Counted from the stretch's first letter, positions 47,832-60,889 are shown. The stretch is DNA of 64,000 bases from Dendrobates tinctorius (GCF_039654945.1 NW_027361788.1:26288001-26352000); one strand, 5' to 3'. A program made the numbers and translations. Notes: generated by a model not told the origin, from the letters alone.

Positions 47832-49398
47832 CAGTCATGGCCAAAAGTTTTGAGAATGACACAAATATTATATTTTCACATGATCTGCTGGCCTCTGGTT
47901 TTTATGTGTGTTTGTCAGATGTTTTTATCACATACAGAAATATAATTGCAATCATATTATGAGTAGCAAAAGGTTATATTGACAGTTAGAATGAGTTAAT
48001 GCAGCAAGTCAATATTTGCAGTGTTGACCCTTCTTCTTCAGGACCTCTGCAATTCTCCCTGGCATGCTCTCAATCAACTTCTGGATCAAATCCTGACTGA
48101 TAGCAGTCCATTCTTGCAAAATCAATGCTTTTATTTTGTCTGAATTTGAAGGTTTTTGTTTGTCTACCCGTCTCTTGATGATTGACCACAAGTTCTCACT
48201 GGGATTAAGATCTGGGGAGTTTCCAGGCCATGGTCCCAAAATCTCTATGTTTTGTTCCCTGAGCCATTTAGTTATCACATTTGCTTTATGGCAAGGTGCT
48301 CCATCATGTTGAAAAAGGCATTGTTGATCGCCAAACTGCTCTTGGACGGTTGGGAGAAGTTGCTCTTGGAGGACATTCTGGTACCATTCTTTATTCATGG
48401 CTGTGTTTTTAGGCAAGACTGAGAGAGAGCCCATTCCCTTGGCTGAGAAGCAACCCCACACATGAATGGTTTCAGGATGCTTGACAGTTGGCATGAGACA
48501 AGACTGGTGGTAGCGCTCACCTGGTCGTCTCCGAATAAGCCGTTTTCCAGATGTCCCAAACAATCGAAAAGGGGATTCATCAGAGAAAATGACTTTACCC
48601 CAGTCCTCAGCAGTCCACTCCCTGTACTTCTTGCAGAATATCAGTCTGTCCAAGATGTTTTTCCTGGAGAGAAGTGGCTTCTTTGCTGCCCTCCTTGAGA
48701 CCAGGCCTTGCTCCAAGAGTCTCCGCCTCACAGTGCGTGCAGATGCACTCACACCTGCATGCTGCCATTCCTGAGCAAGCTCTGCAATGCTGGTAGCCCG
48801 ATCCCGCAGCTGAAACACATTTAAGAGACGGTCCTGGCGCTTGCTGGTCTTTCTTGGGCGCCCTGGAGCCTTTTTGGCAACAAGGGAACCTCTCTCCTTG
48901 AAGTTCTTGATGATGCGATAGATTGTTGACTGAGGTGCAATCTTTCTAGCTGCGATACTCTTCCCTGTTAGGCCATTTTTGTGCAGTGCAATGATGACTG
49001 CACGTGTTTCTTTAGAGATAACCATGGTTAACAGAAGAGAAACAATGATGCCAAGCACCAGCCTCCTTTTAAAGTGTCCAGTGGTGTCATTCTTACTTAA
49101 TCATGACAGATTGATCTCCAGCCCTGTCCTCATCAACACCCACACCTGTGTTAATGGAGCAATCACTGAAACGATGTTAGCTGGTCCTTTTAAGGCAGGG
49201 CTGCAATGATGTTGAAATGTGTTTTGGGGGATAAAGTTCATTTTCTAGGCAAATATTGACTTTGCAAGTAATTGCTGTTAAGCTGATCACTCTTTATAAC
49301 ATTCTGGAGTATATGCAAATTGCCATTAGAAAAAATGAAGCAGTAGACTTTGTAAAAATTAATATTTGTGTCATTCTCAAAACTTTTGGCCATGACTG
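47832..49398 (-). mobile_element. DD35E (Traveler-type) Tc1 transposon, full length
   Basis: Perfect 39-bp TIR CAGTCATGGCCAAAAGTTTTGAGAATGACACAAATATTA, TA flanks, 1567 bp. Confidence 0.93.
48009..49025 (-). CDS. Intact 338-aa DD35E transposase
   Basis: ATG at 49025 (MVISKETR); FSDESP; QHD-GAPCH...GPWPGNSPDLNPSE with 35 residues between D2 and E. Confidence 0.92.
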   Translation of the reverse strand: MVISKETRAVIIALHKNGLTGKSIAARKIAPQSTIYRIIKNFKERGSLVAKKAPGRPRKTSKRQDRLLNVFQLRDRATSIAELAQEWQHAGVSASARTVRRRLLEQGLVSRRAAKKPLLSRKNILDRLIFCKKYREWTAEDWGKVIFSDESPFRLFGTSGKRLIRRRPGERYHQSCLMPTVKHPETIHVWGCFSAKGMGSLSVLPKNTAMNKEWYQNVLQEQLLPTVQEQFGDQQCLFQHDGAPCHKANVITKWLREQNIEILGPWPGNSPDLNPSENLWSIIKRRVDKQKPSNSDKIKALILQEWTAISQDLIQKLIESMPGRIAEVLKKKGQHCKY

Positions 49399-50478
49399 TA
49401 TATATATACCCACAAGTCATTGAGATAAACATATATAAATATATATATTTATATTTCACAGAGTTCTTCATAGCAGAATAGCCGCTAATTAAATTGCCGG
49501 CTTCTATCAAATCCTTCCCCAACCCGACATGAAATGACACATGGTTTACATTCAGTAAAGCATTTCATTTCATGTTTTTTTTTATATGTCCTTGACTAAT
49601 AATTAGATGAGGGTTTGTGTGCAAAATTTGGGAGTTGTAGTTGTTATTTAAAGGGTTTAATTCGTTTATAAAAAATGCGTGGGCTTCCCATTGCCCTGTA
49701 GCGGTGGCGAATGGGTTAATCTAACAAAGGGTTAATGTCACCTTACAATCGAATGGTGACATTAACCCTTTGTTAGATTAACCCACTCGCCACCAATATA
49801 GGGCAAAGGGAAGCCCACGCATTTTTTAACAACGAATTAGGGTACTGTTACACCTAGCGACTCACCAGCGATCCCGACCAGCGATATCACGCAGTCAGGA
49901 TCGCTGGTGCATCGCTAGGTGGTCGCTAGTGAGCTGCCACTCAGGCAGATCTCACCAGCGACATCGCAGGGGATGGGGATCGCTACTTACCTGTCAGACG
50001 CGGCGATCCTGCGTCCTCCCGCCCGGCTCCACGCGTCGCTTGTCGGCCCCACAGGAAGCCCAGCAGGAAGTGACCGACGAGAAATGGTCCAGCAGCTTCT
50101 CGCGCGATCAGCGATAACCAGCGGGGGAGCGGTCGGAGGTAAGTATCACATGCAGCGATATCACTAGCAATATCGCTGTAACGTCACAAAATCGGTGACT
50201 TTACAGCGATATTGCTAGCGATATCGCAGTGTGTAACGGGGGCTTTAACCCCTTTAAATTACAACTACAACTCCCAAATTTTGCACACAAACCCGCATCT
50301 AATTATTAGTCAAGGACATATAAAAAAACATGAAATGAAATGGTTTACTGAATGTAAACCATGTGTCATTTCATGTCGGGTTGGGGAAGGATTTGATAGA
50401 AGGCAATTTAATTAGCGGCTATTCTGCTATGAAGAACTCTGTGAAATATAAATATATATATATGTTTGTCACAATGAC

Positions 50479-50529
<51 letters not shown>

Positions 50530-50532
<3 letters not shown>

Positions 50533-51750
50533 TCACTGGCCACTTTATTAGGTACACCTGTCCAACTGTGTGTTAAGACTTAATTTCTAATCAGCCAATC
50601 ACATGGCGGCAACTCAGTGCATTTAGGCATGTAGACATGGTCAAGACAATCTCCTGCAGTTCAAACCGAGCATCAGTATGGGGAAGAAAGGTGATTTGAG
50701 TGCCTTTGAACGTGGCATGATTGTTGGTGCCAGAAGGGCTGGTCTGAGAATTTCAGAAACTGCTGATCTACTGGGATTTTCACGGACAACCATCTCTAGG
50801 GTTTACAGAGAATGGTCCGAAAAAGAAAAAAAATCCAGTGAGCGGCAGTTCTGTGGCCGGAAATGCCATGTTGATGCCAGAGGTCAGAGGAGAATGGGCA
50901 GACTGGTTCGAGCTGATAGAAAGGCAACAGTGACTCAAATTGCCACCCGTTACAACCAAGGTAGGCAGAAGAGCATCTCTGAACGCACAGTGCGTCGAAC
51001 TTTGAGGCAGATGGGCTACAGCAGCAGAAGACCACACTGGGTACCACTCCTCTCAGCTAAGAACAGGAAACTGAGGCTACAATTTGCACAAGCTCATCGA
51101 AATTGGACAGTAGAAGATTGGAAAAACGTTGCCTGGTCTGATGAGTCTCGATTTCTGCTGCGACATTCGGATGGTAGGGTCAGAATTTGGCGTAAACAAC
51201 ATGAAAGCATGGATCCATCCTGCCTTGTATCAACGGTTCAGGCTGGTGGTGGTGGTGTCATGGTGTGGGGAATTTTTTCTGGGCACTCTTTGGGCCCCTT
51301 GGTACCAATTGAGCATCGTTGCAACGCCACAGCCTACCTGAGTATTGTTGCTGACCATGTCCATCCCTTTATGACCACAATGTACCCAACATCTGATGGC
51401 TACTTTCAGCAGGATAATGCGCCATGTCATAAAGCTCGAATCATCTCAGATTGGTTTCTTGAACATGACAATGAGTTTACTGTACTCAAATGGCCTCCTC
51501 AGTCACCAGATCTCAATCCAATAGAGCATCTTTGGGATGTGGTGGAACGGGAGATTCGCATCAGGGATGTGCAGCCGACAAATCTGCGCCAACTGTGTGA
51601 TGCCATCATGTCAATATGGTCCAAAATCTCTGAGGAATGCTTCCAGCACCTTGTTGAATCTCTGCCACGAAGAATTGAGGCAGTTCTGAAGGCAAAAGGG
51701 GGTCCAACCCCTTACTAGCATGGTGTACCTAATAAAGTGGCCAGTGAGTG
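50530..51750 (+). mobile_element. DD36E (Incomer-type) Tc1 transposon, copy B
   Basis: Same 29-bp TIRs; about 6 differences from copy A over 1.22 kb. Confidence 0.94.
50678..51718 (+). CDS. Intact 346-aa DD36E transposase
   Basis: WSDESRF; QQD-NAPCH...SPDLNPIE with 36 residues between D2 and E. Confidence 0.94.
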   Translation: MGKKGDLSAFERGMIVGARRAGLRISETADLLGFSRTTISRVYREWSEKEKKSSERQFCGRKCHVDARGQRRMGRLVRADRKATVTQIATRYNQGRQKSISERTVRRTLRQMGYSSRRPHWVPLLSAKNRKLRLQFAQAHRNWTVEDWKNVAWSDESRFLLRHSDGRVRIWRKQHESMDPSCLVSTVQAGGGGVMVWGIFSGHSLGPLVPIEHRCNATAYLSIVADHVHPFMTTMYPTSDGYFQQDNAPCHKARIISDWFLEHDNEFTVLKWPPQSPDLNPIEHLWDVVEREIRIRDVQPTNLRQLCDAIMSIWSKISEECFQHLVESLPRRIEAVLKAKGGPTPY

Positions 51751-53749
51751 TATATGTATGTATTCTATGTGTCTATATCTATTCTTTCTTTATTAAACCT
51801 GTCAGTGTGAGTTTACTGTATAGCGCACTGAATTGCCGGCTTTGCTAAAAGACACCGGGTGCGTATTTCTCGCAAGTCACATGTGTGGTCCGTGTGTAAT
51901 CCGTATTTTTTGCGCACCCATAGACTTGCATTGGCGTATTACGGGGGTAGTACGCTGACAATCGCAGCATGCTGCGATTGGCACGGACCGTAGAATATGC
52001 CTGAGAAATATACGGCTGTTGGGACCAAACCCATAGAGAATCATTTGTCTGTGTGCAATGCGTGCTTTTAGCGCCAATCACTCGTCCGTATTCCTCGCTA
52101 GTGTGACCCCGGCCTAAGGCAAGTATCTGCCATGCAGGAGTGGAGGCCACACAGCAGGAGTTGAGCCTGGTCTATCCAGTATCTTCTAATACCGTAAACG
52201 TCTAGGAATTGTGATATCTGTATTCTGTGCTAGCAGTGGTCTCCCGGCCAAGCTTCAATCCTCTATATATGAGCACACACATGCAGCTGTATCGATGTCC
52301 TGGGGCTGGAGCTTACAACATGGGAAATTGATTTTTAAAGACACATGCCTCTGACCTGCTGCCGGATTACCAAACATTTCAGATCATCAAATCTGCGGCT
52401 TGCGACTGTCAGGCCATGCTGGGAGTTGTAGTTTCAATGCTGCTGGAGTGGCAGAAGAGTGACATTTACTACTGATTTCTATTGCGGCTCATTGGTACTG
52501 ACTTCATTTTAATTATTTCTAAAATCTGCCGTGTACCCGACATAGGTGCGAATACCCATACGGGGTTAAGCAGATGCAGCAGATGCGGATTTCTAAAACC
52601 TGAAGCTTATGAATGTGCCGCAATTAAGCTTTCAGCTAGGTCTGTCTGTATATGAATGAGGCTCAGGCTTCGTTGACAAAGGAACAATTCTTGAGCAATG
52701 CAGAGTGCGAGGCAGGCGCAGGAAGAGGCTGATGAGGAGGTGAGACAAGAAGCTCCGTGTTTGGAGCCTGTCCACAGCGCCCAGCCTCACACCCATTCAT
52801 CACTGGCTCTGTGTGAACACTAAAAAGTCATCATTCACGACTGAGCAAAAACAAACAGGCAGCAGAAGCTTTTTCCTGATGGAAACATCTCCGATCAGAA
52901 CCAAGGAAGCGCAAGAAAACTCTGACAACTCCACACAACCTCTTCTTTGTCAGTGCCTGACAGAATTCCTTCTTTTCAGAACACATTCCCAAATTTTGGG
53001 TGGGAGTTTCGCTTCCTGGCAGCTGACGGGAATTCTATATAAAAAAAATTATGAAGATATTTCCATAAATACCTTAGTTAGCTTAAAGGGTATGTCCATC
53101 CCCATGTTATAAATATAGATATAAGATAAGCCCAGCAACGCTGTAAATACTCTTCCAGTACTTCTGAGCTGCATGCACAATTCTGCTAGCTGTTATCGGA
53201 AACAATCAACACGTTCATTTCACATAAGCTGAGCTTCTACAGTGCAGTGGGACGGTAAGATATTCTTACATCAGGTTACATACGCCAACCCCCTTTTAAG
53301 CAATGAGTATATACTGTTGTCCCAAGAAAGAAGGTCATTAATAACAAAATATATCTATACAGTCGAGTTTGTACATGCTTTCTGTTCTCTAGGAGATTTA
53401 CATTTGGGCCAAAGACTTAAAGAGAACCTTTAAACACATTTTTACATATGGATTTAGTGGAAAGGCCATGTAGGCCCTTATTCCCCCAGTAAAAACTATA
53501 CCCTTTTTTTTTTGGAGAGATCAAATGTGCTAGTAATGAAAAATCCTTAGTAGTCATATGGAAATCAGGCTGGGAGTACACTGGGGGCGTTCATGCACAT
53601 GGAAGGAGAATAGGTGTACCAAAACGCCCCCAGTGCATCTACAGACTGATTTGCATGACTTCTATGCTAGATTTCGCACATTGATCGCTCATAGATCTAA
53701 CACATTAGATTTCTCCAAAAAATATGTAATTTTTTATTGGGAGATAGAA

Positions 53750-54365
53750 AAATATTCAGAATTGAGAGTCCTCAGAGGTTGATACCTTTTAATGGCTAAC
53801 TGAAAAGATGGTAACACATTGCAAGCTTTCGAGACTACGCAGGTCTCTTCATCAGGTTGGACTAATACAAAATCTGAAGAATCACATATTTATACACAGT
53901 ACAACACAGAAATAATGCAATAGATAAGACAAGTGACATGAAGCAGAATTATGATTATGGGAGAGTGATAGACAGTTATGGCCATAAATATTGGACCAGT
54001 TCATAGATAAGGAGTGAAAGTTTTAGGCTGGGTTCACACGTAGCGAAATTCCCACGGAAGTTACCGCAAGAATCCCAGAATTCCATTCCACAGGAAAATC
54101 GCATTTTAAATTCCCGCGATTTTCCCGCGGAAAAACTAGCGTTTTGCAAGCGTAATTAGCTTGCAGAATGCTAGCGTTTTCCAAGCGATCTGTAGCATCG
54201 CTAGAACTGATTAACAGGTTGGTCACACTCGTCAAGCTTGCAATGTGTTACCATCTTTTCAGTTAGCCATTAAAAGGTATCAACCACTGAGGACTCTCAA
54301 TTCTGAATATTATTCTATCTACTGGCTAACAGAGTACAAAGATATACATCTTTCCTGTATCAATT
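53750..54365. mobile_element. Penelope-like terminal-repeat remnant with inverted arms and a hammerhead-like core
   Basis: 53752-53828 is inverted at 54234-54311; minus-strand CTGATGA-AGAGAC-CTGCGTA-GTCTC-GAAAGCTT at 53821-53856. Confidence 0.6.
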
Positions 54366-54779
54366 ATTGGGAGAAAAGCGCCTATACAGCTGAACCACTA
54401 ATTTCATATGGAAAAAAGTACTGACAGGCTCCCTTTATATAAAAATTGCTTCTAAAGTTTGCAATTTGTAAATTACTTAATACAAAATTATTACAAAAAA
54501 CTTCCCATGTCAGCCTCAAGGTGGCACTGTTGTGGAGCAAAACGTAATTTTGCAAATTAAAAACATTTTCTTCCAATGCAAAATAAATCGCTGTCCACTT
54601 CTTATTGGTTGCACAAATGTAACAGAAGTGGAGCCACGTTAAGTACTAATTACAAACAGAGCAAACAACAAAAAAAAAACATTTTGGATGAAGATTGCCA
54701 AGTGTCAGTGATATTGTGCTGGTGATCCATAAGCTATATTATATGATATAATGCCATATGATCCTGAACCAGGAATCAA

Positions 54780-56885
54780 ACATCAGCGATATGGATCTTA
54801 CCCTGATATCAGCTGCCAACTATATGGTTCTTACCCTGGTACCAGCTGTCAGCGCTATTGTTCTTACCCTGGTACCAGCTGTCAGCGATATTGTTCTTAC
54901 CCTGGTACCAGCTGTCAGCGATATTGTTCTTACCCTGATACCAGCTGCCATTTACACAGTTCTCACCCTAGTATCAGCTGCCAGTGTTACGGTTCTTACC
55001 CTGATATCAGCTGCCAGTTACATAGTTCTCACCGCCGGTGCTGTAGTTCTTACCCCGATATCAGCTGCCAGCGATATGGTTCTTACCCTGATATCAGCTG
55101 CCAGCAATACGGTTCATATCCTGATATCAGCTGCCAGTGATACGGTTCTTATCCTGATATCAGCTGCCAGTGATACGGTTCTTACCCTGATATCAGCTGC
55201 CAGCGAAACGGTTCTTACCCTGATATCAGCTGCCAGTGTTACGGTTCTTACCCTGATATCAGCTGCCAGTTACATAGTTCTCACCGCCGGTGCTGTAGTT
55301 CTTACCCCGATATCTGCTGCCAGCGATATGGTTCTTATCCTGATATCAGCTGCCAGCGATACGGTTCTTACCCTGATATCAGCTGCCAGCAATACGGTTC
55401 ATATCCTGATATCAGCTGCCAGTGATACGGTTCTTACCCTGATATCAGCTGCCAGCGAAACGGTTCTTACCCTGATATCAGCTGCCAGTGTTACGGTTCT
55501 TACCCTGATATCAGCTGCCAGTTACATAGTTCTCACCGCCGGTGCTGTAGTTCTTACCCCGATATCTGCTGCCAGCGATATGGTTCTTATCCTGATATCA
55601 GCTGCCAGCGATACGGTTCTTACCCTGATATCAGCTGCCAGCAATACGGTTCATATCCTGATATCAGCTGCCAGCTATACGGTTCTTACCCTGATATCAG
55701 CTGCCAGCGATACGGTTGTTACCCTGATATCAGCTTCCAGCGAAACGGTTCTTACCCTGATATCAGCTGCCAGCGATACGGTTCTTATCCTGATATCTGC
55801 TTCCACCGATACGGTTCTTATCCTGATATCCACTTCCACCGATACGGTTCTTACCCCGATATCAGCTGCCAGCGATACGGTTCTTACCCTGATATCCGCT
55901 TCCAGCGATATGGTTCTTACCCTCATATCCGCTTCCAGCGATACGGTTCTTATCCTGATATCAGCTGCCAGCGATACGGTTCTTACCCCGATATCAGCTG
56001 CCAGCGATACGGTTCTTACCCCGATATCCGCTTCCAGCGATACGGTTCTTACCCTCATATCCGCTTCCAGCGATACAGTTCTTATCCTGATATCAGCTGC
56101 CAGCGATACAGTTCTTACCCTGATATCAGCTGCCAGCGATATGGTTCTTACCCTAATATCCGCTTCCAGCGATACGGTTCTTATCCTGATATCAGCTGCC
56201 AGCGATACGGTTCTCATCCTGATATCAGCTGCCAGCGATACGGTTCTTACCCGGATATCAGCTGCCAGCGATACGGTTCTTATCCTGATATCAGCTGCCA
56301 GCGATACGGTTCTTATCCTGATAACAGCTGCCAGCGATACGGTTCTTACCCTGATATCCGCTTCCAGCGATACAGTTCTTATCCTGATATCAGCTGCCAG
56401 CGATACGGTTCTTACCCTGATATCAGCTGCCAGCGATACGGTTCTTATCCTGATATCAGCTGCCAGCGATACGGTTCTCATCCTGATATCAGCTGCCAGC
56501 GATACGGTTCATATCCTGATATCAGCTGCCAGTGATACGGTTCTTACCCTGATATCAGCTGCCAGCGAAACGGTTCTGATATCAGCTGCCAGTTACATAG
56601 TTCTCACCGCCGGTGCTGTAGTTCTTACCCCGATATCTGCTGCCAGCGATATGGTTCTTATCCTGATATCAGCTGCCAGCGATACGGTTCTTACCCCGAT
56701 ATCAGCTGCCAGCGATACGGTTCTTACCCTGATATCAGCTGCCAGCGATACGGTTCTTACCCTCATATGGGCAGCACGGTGGCTCAGTGGTTAGCGCTGC
56801 AGCCTTGCAGCGCTGGAGTCCTGGGTTCGAATCCCACCAAGGACAACATCTGCAAGGAGTTTGTATGTTCTCCCCGTGTTTGCGT

Positions 56886-56916
<31 letters not shown>

Positions 56917-59900
56917 ACACTCCAAAGACATACTGATAGGGAATATAGATTGTGAGCCCCACCAGGGACAGTGATGAAAATGTGTGCAAACTGTAAAGCG
57001 CTGCGGAATATGTTAGCGCTATATAAAAATAAAGATTATTATTATTATTATATCCGCTTCCAGAGATACGGTTCTTATCCTGATATCAGCTGCCAGCGAT
57101 ACGGTTCTTACCCCGATATCAGCTGCCAGCGATACGGTTCTTACCCTCATATCCGCTTCCAGCGATACGGTTCTTATCCTGATATCAGCTGCCACCGATA
57201 CGGTTCTTACCCCGATATCAGCTGCCAGCGATACGGTTCTTACCCCGATATCCGCTTCCAGCGATACGGTTCTTACCCTCATATCTGCTTCCAGCGATAC
57301 AGTTCTTATCCTGATATCAGCTGTCAGCGATACAGTTCTTACCCTGATATCAGCTGCCAGCGATATGGTTCTTACCCTAATATCCGCTTCCAGCGATTCG
57401 GTTCTTATCCTGATATCAGCTGCCAGCGATACGGTTCTCATCCTGATATCAGCTGCCAGCGATACGGTTCTTACCCGGATATCAGCTGCCAGCGATACGG
57501 TTCTTATCCTGATAACAGCTGCCAGCGATACGGTTCTTACCCTGATATCAGCTTCCAGCGATACGGTTCTTACCCGGATATCAGCTGCCAGCGATACGGT
57601 TCTTACCCCGATATCAGCTGCCAGCGATATGGTTCTTACCCTAATATCCGCTTCCAGCGATTCGGTTCTTATCCTGATATCAGCTGCCAGCGATACGGTT
57701 CTCATCCTGATATCAGCTGCCAGCGATACGGTTCTTACCCGGATATCAGCTGCCAGCGATACGGTTCTTATCCTGATATCAGCTGCCAGCGATACGGTTC
57801 TTATCCTGATAACAGCTGCCAGCGATACGGTTCTTACCCTGATATCAGCTTCCAGCGATACGGTTCTTACCCGGATATCAGCTTCCAGCGATACGGTTCT
57901 TACCCTGATATCCGCTTCCAGCGATACGGTTCTTACCCTCATATCCGCTTCCAGCGATACGGTTCTTATCCTGATATCAGCTGCCAGTGATACGGTTCTT
58001 ACCCCGATATCAGCTGCCAGCGATACGGTTCTTACCCCGATATCCGCTTCCAGCGATACGGTTCTTACCCTCATATCTGCTTCCAGCGATACAGTTCTTA
58101 TCCTGATATCAGCTGCCAGCGATACAGTTCTTACCCTGATATCAGCTGCCAGCGATATGGTTCTTACCCGGATATCAGCTGCCAGCGATATAGTTCTTAT
58201 CCGGATATCAGCTGCCAGCGATATAGTTCTTATCCGGATATCAGCTGCCAGCGATATAGTTCTTATCCTGATATCAGCTGCCAGCGATTCGGTTCTTATC
58301 CTGATATCAGCTGCCAGCGATACGGTTCTCATCCTGATATCAGCTGCCAGCGATACGGTTCTTACCCGGATATCAGCTGCCAGCGATACGGTTCTTATCC
58401 TGATATCAGCTGCCAGCGATACGGTTCTTATCCTGATAACAGCTGCCAGCGATACGGTTCTTACCCTGATATCAGCTTCCAGCGATACGGTTCTTACCCT
58501 GATATCAGCTGCCAGCGATACGGTTCTTACCCCGATATCAGCTGCCAGCGATACAGTTCTTACCCCGATATCCGCTTCCAGCGATACAGTTCTTATCCTG
58601 ATATCAGCTGCCAGCGATACGGTTCTCATCCTGATATCAGCTGCCAGCGATACGGTTCTTACCCGGATATCAGCTGCCAGCGATACGGTTCTTATCCTGA
58701 TATCAGCTGCCAGCGATACGGTTCTTATCCTGATAACAGCTGCCAGCGATACGGTTCTTACCCTGATATCAGCTTCCAGCGATACGGTTCTTACCCGGAT
58801 ATCAGCTGCCAGCGATACGGTTCTTACCCCGATATCAGCTGCCAGCGATACAGTTCTTACCCCGATATCCGCTTCCAGCGATACAGTTCTTATCCTGATA
58901 TCAGCTGCCAGCGATACGGTTCTTATTCTGATATCAGCTGCCAGCGATACAGTTCTTACCCTGATATCCGCTTCCAGCGATACAGTTCTTATCCTGATAT
59001 CAGCTGCCAGCGATACGGTTCTTACCCTGATATCAGCTGCCAGCGATACGGTTCTTATCCTGATATCAGCTGCCAGCGATACGGTTCTTATCCTGATATC
59101 AGCTGCCAGCGATACGGTTCTTATCCTGATATCAGCTGCCAGCGATACGGTTCTCATCCTGATATCAGCTGCCAGCGATATGGTTCTCATCCTGATATCA
59201 GCTGCCAGCAATACGGTTCTTATCCTGATATCAGCTGCCAGCGATACGGTTTTTACCCTATCAGTTGCCAGCGATACGGTTCTTATCCTGATATCAGCTG
59301 CCAGCGATACAGTTCTTACCCTGATATCCGCTTCCAGCGATATGGTTCTTACCCTGATATCCGCTGCCAGCGATACGGTTCTTACCCGGATATCAGCTGC
59401 CAGCGATATGGTTCTTACCCTGATATCAGCTGCAAGCGATACGGTTCTTACCCTGATTTCCGTTTTCAGCGATATGGTTCTTATCCTGATATCAGCTGCC
59501 AGCGATACGATTCTTAACCTGATGTCCGCTTCCAGCGATACGGTTCTTATCCCGATATCTGCCAGCGATACGGTTCTTATCCTGATATCAGCTGCCAGCG
59601 ATACGGTTCTTACCCTGATATCCGCTTCCAGCGATATGGTTCTTACCCTGATATCCGCTTTCAGCGATACGGTTCTTACCCGGATATCAGCTGCCAGCGA
59701 TACGGTTCTTACCCTGATATCAGCTGCAAGCGATACGGTTCTTACCCTGATATCCGCTTTCAGCGATACGGTTCTTATCCTGATATCAGCTGCTAGCGAT
59801 ACGGTTCTTATCCTGATATTAGCTGCCAGCGATACAGTTCTTACCCTGATATCCGCTTCCAGCGATATGGTTCTTACCCTGATATCCGCTTTCAGCGATA

Positions 59901-60320
59901 TGGTTCTTACCCGGATATCAGCTGCCAGCGATATGGTTCTTACCCTGATATCCGCTTTCAGCGATACGGTTCTTATCCTGATATCAGCTGCTAGCGATAC
60001 GGTTCTTATCCTGATATCAGCTGCCATCGATACGGTTCTTACCCTGATATCAGCTGCCAGCGATACGGTTCTTACCCTGATATCAGCTGCCAGCAATACG
60101 GTTCTTACCCTGATATCAGCTGCCAGCAATACGGTTCTTATCCTGATATCAGCTGCCAGTGATACGGTTCTTACCCTGATATCAGCTGCCAGCAATACGG
60201 TTCTTATCCTGATATCAGCTGCCAGTGATACGGTTCTTACCCTGATATCAGCTGCCAGCGATACAGTTGTTACCCATGTACCAGTTGTCATGATGTTGAT
60301 CTTACCCTGGTATCAGCTGC
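54780..60320. repeat. 33-bp minisatellite, about 160 copies, interrupted by a SINE
   Basis: Unit CAGCGATACGGTTCTTACCCTGATATCAGCTGC. Confidence 0.97.
56769..57049 (+). mobile_element. tRNA-derived V-SINE with L2-like 3' tail
   Basis: A box TGGCTCAGTGG, B box GGTTCGAATCC, V-domain GGGTTTCCTCCGGGCACTCCGGTTTCCTCCCACA, (ATT)n tail, ATAT duplicated at the flanks. Confidence 0.9.
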
Positions 60321-60531
60321 GAGGGATGGGGAGGGTGAGTCACCTACGTAGAATTCTATGCTTGGGACTCTCTCCCTCATGTTTTATCACAGCACTAAAG
60401 AGGTTAACCTGAGATCTGACTTTTCTCTGATCCTTGCAGTTGTAAATTAAGCATGGCTTTGTATTACACCATCATATATGCTGGCCACAGTGTACAATGT
60501 CACGAAGGGCATCAAGTGGAAGACTGCCTCA

Positions 60532-60889
60532 GGCTGCGTGCACACGCTGCGGATTCACCTGCGGATTTTTCCATGCGGATCTGCAGGTAAAACCGCAGGT
60601 AAAGTGACCTGCGGTTTTCCTGCGGATTGGTCAGCGGTTCTCCCCTGCGGTTTGACACCTGGACAATGGAATATGTGTCAAACCGCAGCGGAATCCGCAG
60701 AAAGAAATGACATGCTGCGGATTTGAAACCGCAGCTTTTCCGCACGGAAAAATCCGCAGCGTGTGCACTGTGAATTTGAAAACCCATAGGATAACATTAC
60801 ACTGTACACTGCCTGCGGAACTGCTGTGGTTCCACAGGGCCAAATCCGCTGCGGATCCGCAGCAGAATCCGCAGCGTGTGCACATACCC
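60532..60889. mobile_element. Harbinger-type palindromic MITE
   Basis: TCA|GGCTGCGTGCACACGCTGCGG ... CCGCAGCGTGTGCACATACCC|TCA. Confidence 0.82.

Larger units (their letters stand above)
46310..52114. mobile_element. Large foldback Harbinger-type non-autonomous element containing three Tc1 transposons and a MITE
   Basis: TAA|GGCCGGGGTCACACTA ... TAGTGTGACCCCGGCC|TAA; internal arms 49410-49660 and 50246-50480 are inverted; central hairpin ~49660-49840. Confidence 0.85.

Noticed and set aside
56769-56845. tRNA gene
   Set aside because: It is the tRNA-derived head of a SINE, followed by a V-domain and LINE-like tail
54780-60320. CRISPR-like array or GATA/E-box enhancer array
   Set aside because: No unique spacers and a eukaryotic context; the GATA-like site is GGATAAG rather than WGATAR and occurs only in some units
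54751-60412. ORFs of 339-1090 aa (ISAASDTVLTL, QRYGSYPDISC, RTVSLAADIRV repeats) as real genes
   Set aside because: By-products of a 33-bp unit lacking stops; intronic, interrupted by a SINE, no unique domains
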